A stretch of DNA of 32,000 nucleotides from Wolbachia endosymbiont of Cimex lectularius (GCF_000829315.1 NZ_AP013028.1:480001-512000); one strand, 5' to 3'. Counted from the stretch's first letter, positions 9,688-18,510 are shown. Notes: generated by a model from the letters alone, not told the origin. Translations and numbers: made by a program.

Positions 9688-10547
9688 GAACCTGTTTAAA
9701 ATCTTCGTAACAGGAGAGAAATGAAGGAGAGGACTATCATCTGTAAGCTAGTGTTGAGCTTCCGCTCGCAATTTTTCCACAATCGCCTGCACTTTTCTAA
9801 CCAGGCAAAAGAGCGTTCAACAACCCATCTTTTTGGCAATACGACGAAAGTGTGTAACTCACTTCGCTTATTACTTCAACAGTCGCACCAATGATAGCTT
9901 TTATTTGTGTTGCAAAATTTTCTCCTGTGTAGCCAGCATCAACCAGTATGTTTTTAACTTCAGAGAGGTTTGCTTTAGCATTTTCGACCATTTTCACAGC
10001 ACTGCTACGGTCAGTTGCTTCTGCCGTTGTTACATAAATTGCATGTGGCAAACCTTGTGTATCAACTGCAATATGGCGCTTTATCCCTGAAATCTTTTTA
10101 CCTGCATCATAGCCTTTTTTTTTCAGCAGTATCTGCGTTTTTAACGCTTTGAGAATCAATTATACAAAAGCTAGTTTTCTCTTTCCGACCATTGCTGATA
10201 CGGACCTCTCCAACTAATTTTTTTTAAGACTAATTCCAACAAGCTTGGCTCTTCTCCATTCTTTTTACTCCACACTCGAAAATAGTAATATACGCTTTCC
10301 CATCTTGGAAAACCCTTTGGTAACATCCTCCACTGACAACCACTTTTTAAGACGTACAACACCCCACAAAATACGTCATACAAATCAAGTTTTCTTGGTT
10401 TTGTTTTCTGCTTGCTACTCTCCAAAATTGGCCTGATTTTTTCAAACTGCTCTTGACTTATATTACTTGGATAACTTTTCTGCATAGACACCTCATTATT
10501 AATCTATGCTTACTTTACCTCACATTTCCAAGATTTTAAACAGGTTC
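9688..10547 (-). mobile_element. IS5-family insertion sequence, copy 2
   Basis: Same inverted repeats as copy 1. TTA duplication at 9685-9687 and 10548-10550. Confidence 0.9.
9696..10491 (-). pseudogene. IS5-family transposase, frameshifted
   Basis: orfA is intact (10171-10491). orfB has a 1-nt deletion (cgcttattac versus cgctttattac near 9866), giving ...[11 protein letters not shown], plus the 9-nt homopolymer variant. Confidence 0.8.
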
Positions 10548-11858
10548 TTACAATTTTACGTCCATTTTTTAGTAATCTACAGTATGCTCTTGCTGTATCT
10601 AAAATGTTAATGTCTTTGCCAGGTGACTTCTGTTCAGGAATATACTCACGTAGAATTTTAACCATAGCCTTAATGGCGCGTCCTGAGTAGTATACTTTGT
10701 GGTATTCTTCATAGTAAGGCTTTACGCCATTTACCATTTTATTGTTTCATTGACAGAAGGCTCTTTCACATTAATTTTTTGAAATCTTCTTGCTAGTGCT
10801 TTGTCTTTTTCAAAGCTATTGCTGTATTCTTTGTATGTAGTTGCACCTATGCAACGTAATGTACCTCTTGCAAGTGCGGGCTTAAGCAGATTACCAGCAT
10901 CGAGAAAGCTACCACTTGTTGAACCAGCTCCAATGATGGTGTGTATTTCGTCAATAAAAAGAATAGCGCCTGGCTTTGCCTCGATTGCTTTCGTTATGGA
11001 TTTCATTCTTTCTTCAAAGTCGCCTCTATAACGGGTTCCTGCGAGGAGTGCTCCTAAATCTAAAGCATAGATTGTGCTAGACCTGAGCGCACTGGGAACA
11101 CTGCCTTCGATTATTTTCAACACCAAACCCTCGACTATTGTTGTTTTGCCAATACCTGGGTCTTCTACATATAAAGAATTGTTTTCCCTACGCCTCAATA
11201 ATATCTCTATGGTGCGACTTAATTTATAATCGCGACCAACAACACAATCTATTTTTTTGCTTCTTGCATAATCATTCAAGTTTTTACAATAGCTTAGTAG
11301 AATTTCTTCGTCTTTTAGTAACTCACCTTTATTTACTGTAGTGGAGATGTTGTTATTTTTATCAAGCTTTACTTTATGATTAGTAGCGCATTCATCTGTA
11401 TCACCCGAGTATTTCATATTAGATATGTGGTAGATTAAGTTAGAATCTTTAGCATTTTGCTTTTGTAATAGGTCTTAAATATAGAAATTCTGTTCAGACA
11501 AAATTTCTACTAGGACATTTGCTCCATTTATTTCCTTTTTTCCTAAGCTATGAGCTCGTATTATGGACCTATGTATTATGCATTGAAACAGCGGATTAAG
11601 CTTAACTTCGCTGACAACCAATTCGGGATTGTCTTCAGAAAAACCTTTTTTATAACCATCAGCATTACACCTTGATAAGACGCTGTCTATATTTATGATT
11701 TCATCAGCTCTGATGTTACATCTTGATAGAACGTAATTTACATCCACATCTTTGGTTAGCGCTAGCAATAAGTGTTCTACTTTTGCATATTTAAGGTTAA
11801 AGTTGGAGGCAATCAGCAATGCTCTATTTAAACTTGCCTCTAGATTTTTAGAAATCAT
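10548..11858 (-). pseudogene. clpA: ATP-dependent Clp protease ATP-binding subunit ClpA: fragmented and 3'-truncated by the IS
   Basis: Three frames: the N-domain (11475-11858), the AAA+ D1 domain (10731-11417, ...GRDYKLSRTIEILLRRRENNSLYVEDPGIGKT...ILFIDEIHTIIGAGS...ALARRFQKI), and VNGVKPYYEEYHKVYYS...DINILDTARA (10548-10737), which runs into the IS inverted repeat. No D2 domain is present. Walker A is degenerate (EDPGIGKT). Confidence 0.85.
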
Positions 11859-12062
11859 CTTCTACTCTCTTTAAAAATAGGGACTTATATGCAATTGATA
11901 GCACACAATTATTAAAAAAACTGAAATCCGGCAGTTTGTTATAGCTAAGTTCTTTACAAGTAGCCTATTCTAAAATTCTTATCAGCAAGCTAGGTGTCTC
12001 CCACATATAAAACCAATTTTGGCAGCGCACTGTGCATATCATCCAGGAACGAAAAAAACTAC

Positions 12063-12091
12063 TTGACAACTTTCGCCATCACCCTTATAAT
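12063..12091 (+). promoter_or_regulatory. Consensus sigma70-type promoter inside a repeat (copy a)
   Basis: TTGACA (12063-12068), a 17-nt spacer, then TATAAT (12086-12091). The same module occurs at 17106 and 29295. Confidence 0.55.
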
Positions 12092-12233
12092 GGTACTGAA
12101 GCTATTATTTATCTTCAGTCTGTGCACCGTATGTCTTTTTAAAACTTCTGGTTTTTTACCTATACAAGCTGAAACGCGCTTATAAGTCGTTTAAAATATA
12201 AAAAAACGCCAATATTATAGGATAGATAGTAAA

Positions 12234-12292
12234 TAACTAGCTACCGGGGTTTCTTTTACTGTTTTTTCTGTTTAGTAAATTTTTTAATATAA
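12234..12292 (+). repeat. TLR copy 3
   Basis: aactagctaCCGGGGTTTCTTTTactgTTTTTTCTGTTTAGTAAATTTTTTAATA. Confidence 0.65.
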
Positions 12293-12346
12293 TTGCAATG
12301 CAAGATGAGGCTTGGGTTCGTAGGCCAATACATCCGAACAAAAAGA

Positions 12347-12375
12347 TTGAATATTTTTACAGAATTGTGTATAAT
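12347..12375 (+). promoter_or_regulatory. Putative rpn promoter
   Basis: TTGAAT (12347-12352), a 17-nt spacer, then TATAAT (12370-12375), 27 nt before the ATG. The same site is conserved upstream of the 17516 and 18624 copies. Confidence 0.5.
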
Positions 12376-12402
12376 TTTTAATACTTTTTAAGTGAATCTC
12401 TC

Positions 12403-13338
12403 ATGGCTTTATCAAAATTTCTCAATCCAAAATTGGACTTAACCTTCAAGAAAATCTTTGGCACTGAGAAAAACAAGAACATTCTTATCCATTTTCTCAA
12501 TGATATCTTAGGATTTACTGGAATAGATACTATACAAGAAGTTGAGTTTCTTAGCACCTATATGGATCCTGAAATTGCCCTCGATAAACAGAGTATCGTT
12601 GACGTTCTTTGCAAGGATTCTAGAGGGCTTAGGTACGTGATTGAGATGCAGCTTGCTCGCGATAAAGGCTTCGAAAAACGCGCTCATCTATATGCAGCTA
12701 AAGCTTATTCAAGGCAGGTTGGGAAAGGTGGCAAGTACATCGATTTAAAGACAGTATTCTTTATTGCTATTTCCGATAATGCGATATTTCCTGAGGAAGT
12801 TGAGTACATTTCTACTCATAATATACGAGAGGTAAAAACCAATGGACATTACTTAAAAGATTTTCAGTTTGTTTTTATTGAGTTGCCTAAATTCGCAAAA
12901 AACAGAGTGGAGGAACTAGAGAGCACAATAGAAAGGTGGTGTTTCTTTTTCAAGTATGCAGAGGATACTACAGATGAAGACTTAAGGAATATAGCAGAAA
13001 AATCACCAATAATAAAGCTAGCATATGATGAGTTAGACAAGTTTCGCTGGAATGAGAAAGATCTAATAGCGTATGAAGAAAGATTAATGGACCTACGCAA
13101 AGAAGAAGGCATCCTCGCTCAAAAACTTGATGATGCTACTGAAAAAGGCAGACAAGAAGGCAGAGCGGAGGGGAGAGAGGAAGGCATCCAAATCGGCCAT
13201 GAAAAAGGCAGAAAAGAAAGGGAAATTGAAGTGGCTAAAAACCTACTTAAAGCAGGAGTTTCTATTGATATCATAGCCCAAACTACTGGTCTTCCTAAAA
13301 CTGAAATTGCACAACTCACAGAAGAAGTCACGAGTTAA
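12403..13338 (+). CDS. Rpn-family (PD-(D/E)XK, YhgA-like) recombination-promoting nuclease/putative transposase
   Basis: Intact 311-aa ORF: MALSKFLNPKLDLTFKKIFGTEKNKNILIHFLNDILG...SIVDVLCKD...YVIEMQLA...FIELPKF. The C-terminus has six 12-bp G-x-x-x units and a helix-turn-helix-like tail. Confidence 0.9.
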   Translation: MALSKFLNPKLDLTFKKIFGTEKNKNILIHFLNDILGFTGIDTIQEVEFLSTYMDPEIALDKQSIVDVLCKDSRGLRYVIEMQLARDKGFEKRAHLYAAKAYSRQVGKGGKYIDLKTVFFIAISDNAIFPEEVEYISTHNIREVKTNGHYLKDFQFVFIELPKFAKNRVEELESTIERWCFFFKYAEDTTDEDLRNIAEKSPIIKLAYDELDKFRWNEKDLIAYEERLMDLRKEEGILAQKLDDATEKGRQEGRAEGREEGIQIGHEKGRKEREIEVAKNLLKAGVSIDIIAQTTGLPKTEIAQLTEEVTS

Positions 13339-13366
13339 CCGCTTAGCTACCAATATATTTTGAAGT

Positions 13367-13420
13367 AAGCTGCCCACAGGGCTTCTTTTGCTTTTTTTCC
13401 ACTTAGTAAATTTCCTAATG
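13367..13420 (+). repeat. TLR copy 4, terminator-like, 29 nt after the rpn stop
   Basis: aagctGCCCacaGGGCttcttttgctttttttcc: a weak GC hairpin plus a T-tract, then cttagtaaatttcctaatg. Confidence 0.5.
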
Positions 13421-13514
13421 TTTTTAGTCGCTGAGACAACAAATAGTGTAACGCATAAGAACCTGTTTAAAATCTTGAAAATGTGAGGTAAAGTAAGCAT
13501 AGATTAATAATGAG

Positions 13515-13781
13515 GTGTCTATGCAGAAAAGTTATCCAAGTAATATAAGTCAAGAGCAGTTTGAAAAAATCAGGCCAATTTTGGAGAGTAGCAAGCAGAA
13601 AACAAAACCAAGAAAACTTGATTTGTATGACGTATTTTGTGGGGTGTTGTACGTCTTAAAAAGTGGTTGTCAGTGGAGGATGTTACCAAAGGGTTTTCCA
13701 AGATGGGAAAGCGTATATTACTATTTTCGAGTGTGGAGTAAAAAGAATGGAGAAGAGCCAAGCTTGTTGGAATTAGTCTTA
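13515..13781 (+). pseudogene. IS5-family transposase orfA of copy 3a, cut by the nested IS
   Basis: MSMQKSYPSN...EEPSLLELVL, then the sequence enters the inverted repeat of copy 3b. Confidence 0.85.
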
Positions 13782-14646
13782 GAACCTGTTTAAAATCTTC
13801 GCAACAGAGAGAAATGAAGGAGAGGACTATCATCTGTAAGCTAGTGTTGAGCTTCCGCTCGCAATTTTTCCACAATCGCCTGCACTTTTCTAACCAGGCA
13901 AAAGAGCGTTCAACAACCCATCTTTTTGGCAATACGACGAAAGTGTGTAACTCACTTCGCTTTATTACTTCAACAGTCGCACCAATGATAGCTTTTATTT
14001 GTGTTGCAAAATTTTCTCCTGTGTAGCCAGCATCAACCAGTATGTTTTTAACTTCAGAGAGGTTTGCTTTAGCATTTTCGACCATTTTCACAGCACTGCT
14101 ACGGTCAGTTGCTTCTGCCGTTGTTACATAAATTGCATGTGGCAAACCTTGTGTATCAACTGCAATATGGCGCTTTATCCCTGAAATCTTTTTACCTGCA
14201 TCATAGCCTTTTTTTTTCAGCAATATCTGTCGTTTTTAACGCTTTGAGAATCTATTATTTTTTAAAGCTAGTTTTCATTCTTTTCGACCATTGCTGATAC
14301 GAAACTCTCAAAGTAATTTTTTTTAAGACTAATTCCAACAAGCTTGGCTCTTCTCCATTCTTTTTACTCCACACTCGAAAATAGTAATATATGCTTTTCC
14401 ATCTTGGAAAACCCTTTGGTAACATCCTCCACTGACAACCACTTTTTAAGACGTACAACACGCCACAAAATACGTCATACAAATCAAGTTTTCTTGGTTT
14501 TGTTTTCTGCTTGCTACTCTCCAAAATTGGCCTGATTTTTTCAAACTGCTCTTGACTTATATTACTTGGATAACTTTTCCGCATAGACACCTCATTATTA
14601 ATCTATGCTTACTTTACCTCACATTTCCAAGATTTTAAACAGGTTC
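13782..14646 (-). mobile_element. IS5-family insertion sequence copy 3b, a divergent variant nested in 3a
   Basis: Inverted repeats at both ends. TTA duplication at 13779-13781 and 14647-14649. The central segment at about 14221-14330 diverges from the other copies. Confidence 0.85.
13790..14590 (-). pseudogene. IS5-family transposase of copy 3b, degenerate
   Basis: orfA variant (MSMRKSY..., WKSIYYYF). Just after the A8 site the orfB frame reads LL-stop (ttactttga) instead of LVGEVR. The 9-nt homopolymer variant is present. A 1-nt deletion near the 3' end removes the normal stop. Confidence 0.75.
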
Positions 14647-14649
14647 TTA

Positions 14650-15178
14650 AAAAAAATTAGTTGGAGAGGTCCGTATCAGCAATGGTCGGAAAGAGAAAAC
14701 TAGCTTTTGTATAATTGATTCTCAAAGCGTTAAAAACGCAGATACTGCTGAAAAAAAAGGCTATGATGCAGGTAAAAAGATTTCAGGGATAAAGCGCCAT
14801 ATTGCAGTTGATACACAAGGTTTGCCACATGCAATTTATGTAACAACGGCAGAAGCAACTGACCGTAGCAGTGCTGTGAAAATGGTCGAAAATGCTAAAG
14901 CAAACCTCTCTGAAGTTAAAAACATACTGGTTGATGCTGGCTACACAGGAGAAAATTTTGCAACACAAATAAAAGCTATCATTGGTGCGACTGTTGAAGT
15001 AATAAAGCGAAGTGAGTTACACACTTTCGTCGTATTGCCAAAAAGATGGGTTGTTGAACGCTCTTTTGCCTGGTTAGAAAAGTGCAGGCGATTGTGGAAA
15101 AATTGCGAGCGGAAGCTCAACACTAGCTTACAGATGATAGTCCTCTCCTTCATTTCTCTCCTGTTACGAAGATTTTAA
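14650..15178 (+). pseudogene. IS5-family transposase orfB part of copy 3a
   Basis: ...[41 protein letters not shown]...LLLRRF is open and in one frame (A8 variant). Confidence 0.8.
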
Positions 15179-15186
15179 ACAGGTTC

Positions 15187-15936
15187 TTAGAACCAAATAT
15201 AAAATTTGCCCCCTGTGAACCCAGAAACATGAACTTGTTTATCATCATTGTACCATTCTTTAAGAAAACTAATCAATTCTCTTTTATTACTGTTTCCAAA
15301 CTCTTTTTTTCCTTCTACATACTTGATAAACTCAACAAATTCATCATTACATATAATACTATTGGGTTCTGGTATCTTCTCACCATATTCACCTTTGAGT
15401 GTATTGATGCTGTCAACAATGCTATCGTTTGCCATATGAGGCATCATATGTTCTTTCATAGCACTCATCATATTCTTTGTACCAATTAGATTCTCATACA
15501 AACCATCGGAAAGTAGCTTTAATGAAGCTTTGAGTAAGGCTATGGGGTTAAGCTTTGTTGGTCTTGTTTCAGGCTGTAATAGAATTATTCCAATTGCCAA
15601 TGGTATCGGTGCTAATAGCCAAGCTAATATTAAAGGCTTAGAAAAAAAATAATAGATTGTTAGCCCCGTAACACATGAAACTAAGATTGACTTGATTATG
15701 TTACCTTGACCAAATATTTTCCAATATTCTTTTTTTCTTATCTTCTCCCCACCTTTTATTTTTTTATATCCAAGAAATGTTTTGATTTCTGCGTCATATA
15801 GGGCAGATACCAAGCTGACTGCTATCGAAGTAGGAATGGTTGCTATAGTTAACGCATAATAAAAAGATAAATAGAGAGCAGTTCTAACTTTACTGGAGCC
15901 ACTGCGAGGAAATTGTACTTGAGAAAAACCTATCAT
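15187..15936 (-). CDS. Hypothetical membrane protein
   Basis: 249-aa ORF with about four hydrophobic segments and a soluble C-terminal part. Its TAA stop (15189-15187) coincides with the trinucleotide flanking the IS, so the 3' end may not be native. Confidence 0.5.
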   Translation of the reverse strand: MIGFSQVQFPRSGSSKVRTALYLSFYYALTIATIPTSIAVSLVSALYDAEIKTFLGYKKIKGGEKIRKKEYWKIFGQGNIIKSILVSCVTGLTIYYFFSKPLILAWLLAPIPLAIGIILLQPETRPTKLNPIALLKASLKLLSDGLYENLIGTKNMMSAMKEHMMPHMANDSIVDSINTLKGEYGEKIPEPNSIICNDEFVEFIKYVEGKKEFGNSNKRELISFLKEWYNDDKQVHVSGFTGGKFYIWF

Positions 15937-15993
15937 AACCTACTCCTTCATACTACTAAATTTTCATAATAATATACATAATGGTTTTAAATG

Positions 15994-16890
15994 TCAATGT
16001 TTAAGTATCTTATCATCCGCACACTCATCATATTCAATTTCAACTGTAGAGTGCGCTATTTCAAATTTATCCAGCAATATTTTTTTTATTCCATACAAAA
16101 TATCAGTGTGTTGCACGCTTCGCTTAATTTTAGCATGCATAGTTATTATGAAATAATTATCAGACAGTGACCATGCATGTATATGGTGTACATCTATCAC
16201 TTCAGGTAGCTTAGATACAAGCTCACTTTTTATTTCCTCAGCAGAGATACCTTCAGGTGTACCTTCAAGAAGTATATGGCAGGAATTCTTGAGAATTTTA
16301 TAGCCGCTATTTAGAATTATCACACTAACAAATACTGATAATATTGGATCTACTATTTGCCATCCAGTAAGCATGATAATTATGGATGCAAGTATAGCAG
16401 CTACAGAACCTAAAATGTCTCCTATAACGTGCAGTACGGCACTTTTTATGTTTATATTACTTTCGCATTTACTATGTAATATAAAAAAGACTACAATGTT
16501 AGCAATCAGCCCAAGTATGGCAATCATTAACATTATTTGCCACTCAACATTTACTGGAAAAATAAATCTCTTTATTGACTCAATTATGATGATTGCTGCA
16601 ATGAGAAATAGAGTTAAACCATTGACAAATGCTGCGATTATCTGCAACCGATGATACCCGTATGATCTTTGCAGGTCAGATTTCTTAGCTGAAAATCTAT
16701 GCGCTACCCAGCTTAAGACTAAGGCAAAGAGGTCAGTGAGCATATGTCCTGCATCTGATAGCAGAGCAAGCGAATGTGAAATTACTCCCCCCACTATCTC
16801 CATGAGCATTGTTATCGCAACTATTATTATGGAATAGATTAAGCGTTTGGACTCTGCTGCTGAGTGTTTACCGTTGTGTACCACTGCCAT
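15994..16890 (-). CDS. Cation diffusion facilitator family transporter (CzcD/ZitB-like)
   Basis: ...SHSLALLSDAGHMLTDLFAL...HVIGDILGSVAAI...HHIHAWSL are CDF signatures. The longest ORF (to 16956) would overlap tRNA-Val, so I start it at the ATG at 16890 (MAVVHNGKH). The ATG at 16905 is an alternative. Confidence 0.85.
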   Translation of the reverse strand: MAVVHNGKHSAAESKRLIYSIIIVAITMLMEIVGGVISHSLALLSDAGHMLTDLFALVLSWVAHRFSAKKSDLQRSYGYHRLQIIAAFVNGLTLFLIAAIIIIESIKRFIFPVNVEWQIMLMIAILGLIANIVVFFILHSKCESNINIKSAVLHVIGDILGSVAAILASIIIMLTGWQIVDPILSVFVSVIILNSGYKILKNSCHILLEGTPEGISAEEIKSELVSKLPEVIDVHHIHAWSLSDNYFIITMHAKIKRSVQHTDILYGIKKILLDKFEIAHSTVEIEYDECADDKILKH

Positions 16891-16914
16891 ATAAAATCTT
16901 TTCATGAACAAAAA

Positions 16915-16987
16915 TGGGTAACACTGGACTCGAACCAGCGACCGCTTGCACGTCAAGCAAGTGCTCTACCAACTGAGCTAATTACCC
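16915..16987 (-). tRNA. tRNA-Val (anticodon GAC)
   Basis: Minus-strand GGGTAATTAGCTCAGTTGGTAGAGCACTTGCTTGACGTGCAAGCGGTCGCTGGTTCGAGTCCAGTGTTACCCA folds by hand into a cloverleaf: 7-bp acceptor stem, GCTC/GAGC D stem, CTTGC/GCAAG anticodon stem with loop TTGACGT, and a T arm with TTCGAGT. No CCA is encoded. Confidence 0.9.
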
Positions 16988-17105
16988 ATCATGGTTTTAG
17001 TATAGTGCTTCAGCAGGATGAAAGTCAATTTGCTTTTAAACTATTGATTTTTCGCATAGCTTTTGGCAGCGCACTAGGCGTATCATCCAGGAACAAAAAA
17101 ACTAC

Positions 17106-17134
17106 TTGACAAGTTCCTCCAAACCCATTATCAT
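17106..17134 (+). promoter_or_regulatory. Near-consensus sigma70-type promoter inside a repeat (copy b)
   Basis: TTGACA (17106-17111), a 17-nt spacer, then TATCAT (17129-17134). The upstream flank ttttggcagcgcact..gc.tatcatccaggaac.aaaaaaactac is shared with copy a. Confidence 0.45.
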
Positions 17135-17344
17135 AACAACAAGGGTGTTTCTGACTCAAAACTTGTTTTTGATCTGCAGGCTCAATGACAAAATTCAGTA
17201 AAAAACTCAGGGTATTTTTTGGCGGATTGTATCAAATTATAGCGGCTGCATGTCTTTTTCATTTTTTCTACATTCAGCCAAATCGCGCTTGAACTAAGCG
17301 TCAGCAAATTATTATAGCGCCAATTTAAAGTATTATAGAGTCAA

Positions 17345-17400
17345 AACTCGCCACTCGGGATTTCTTTACCTTTTTTTCTTGCTTGGTAAATTTTTTAATA
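17345..17400 (+). repeat. TLR copy 5
   Basis: aactcgccactcGGGaTTTCTTTaCCTTTTTTTCTTGCTTGGTAAATTTTTTAATA. Confidence 0.6.
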
Positions 17401-17460
17401 TAATTGCAATGCAAGATGAGGCTTGGGTTTGTAGGCCAATACATCCAAAACAAAAAGAGA

Positions 17461-17489
17461 TTGAATATTTCTACAGAATTGTGTATAAT
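17461..17489 (+). promoter_or_regulatory. Putative rpn promoter
   Basis: TTGAAT, a 17-nt spacer, then TATAAT, in the same position relative to the start codon as at 12347. Confidence 0.45.
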
Positions 17490-17515
17490 TATTAATATTT
17501 TTAAGCACTATAGTC

Positions 17516-18426
17516 GTGGCTTTCTCAAAATTTCTCGACCCTAAAAATGATGTAGCATTTCGGCGTATCTTTGGTACAGAAAAAAATAAGGACATCCTTA
17601 TTCATTTTCTCAATGATATTTTGGGCTTTACTGGCAAGGATGAAATAAAAGAAATAGAGTTCCTCAGCACTATTCAAGATGCTGAAATTGCCTCTAAAAA
17701 ACAAAGTATTGTTGATGTTCTCTGTAGAGATAAAATGGAGTACAGGTGATCGTCAAGATGCAGGTTGCTAAAACTAAAGGCTTCGAAAAACGCGCACAAT
17801 ACTATGCAGCTAAGGCGTATTCAAGACAGGCTAATAAAGGTGATCAATATGAAGACCTTAAAGAAATTATCTTTATTGCCATTGCAGATTGTATCTTCTT
17901 TCCTGATAAGTCTGAGTATAAATCAAAGCACACTATTCGGGATGAAGATACCAATGAACATGATTTAAAAGATTTTTATTTCACATTTATTGAACTGCCA
18001 AAATTTCCAAAGACGAAGGAAGATCAATTAGAGAGTATAGTCGAGAAATGGGTCTACTTCTTCAAGTATGCGGAAGAAACTAGTGAAAAGGAATTGGAAA
18101 GAATAATAGGAAGTGACGTAATAATCAAAAAAGCATATGAGGAGCTAAATAGATTCAACTGGTCAGAAAAGGAGTTCATAGAATATGAACAAGAAATAAA
18201 GCGTATTCGTGATGAGAAGGCTGTTCTCGCTCAAAAACTTGATGATGCCACTGAAAAAGGCAGAAAAGAAGGCATCCAAATCGGCAGGGAAGAAGGCAGA
18301 AAAGAAAGGGAAATTGAAGTTGCTAAAAACCTACTTAAAGCAGGAGTTTCTATTGATATCATAGCTCAAACTACTGGTCTTCCTAGAGCTGAAATTGCAC
18401 AACTCAAAGAAGGAGTCACGAGTTAA
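17516..18426 (+). pseudogene. Rpn-family nuclease/putative transposase, frameshifted
   Basis: GTG start. The A-run at 17732-17735 is A4 where the 4302 paralog has A5 (gataaaatggag versus gataaaaatgggg). This gives TGA at 17747-17749, and the rest of the protein continues in the next frame to 18426. Confidence 0.85.
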
Positions 18427-18454
18427 TCACTTAGCTACCAATATATTTTGAAGT

Positions 18455-18510
18455 AAGCTGCCCACGGGGCTTCTTTTGCTTTTTTTCTCTATTTAGTAAA
18501 TTTTTTAATA
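18455..18510 (+). repeat. TLR copy 6, terminator-like, after the rpn stop
   Basis: aagctGCCCacgGGGCttcttttgctttttttctctatttagtaaattttttaata. Confidence 0.5.

Larger units (their letters stand above)
13459..15186 (+). mobile_element. IS5-family insertion sequence copy 3a, disrupted by a nested IS
   Basis: The left inverted repeat starts at 13459 and the right one ends at 15186. The body is split at 13781/14647 by copy 3b. The flanking trinucleotides differ: TAA at 13456-13458 and TTA at 15187-15189. Confidence 0.85.

Noticed and set aside
11994-12185. ORFs of 62/63 aa (11994-12185 and 29251-29439) covering the promoter repeat
   Set aside because: The two copies share DNA, but the frame is broken by indels, so the peptides diverge after about 25 aa. 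The predicted promoter lies inside the ORFs. A non-coding repeat is more likely.
13367-13398. Calling the TLR copies bona fide Rho-independent terminators
   Set aside because: The hairpins are short (about 4 GC pairs plus a few AT pairs with bulges). Five of the eight copies are not downstream of a plus-strand gene. They are kept as repeats with possible terminator activity only.
15181-15195. Palindrome ggttc-tta-gaacc at the right end of IS copy 3a, which could be the stub of another IS end abutting it
   Set aside because: Only 5 nt match the inverted repeat (gaacc) and the following sequence does not continue the IR. A chance match is likely.
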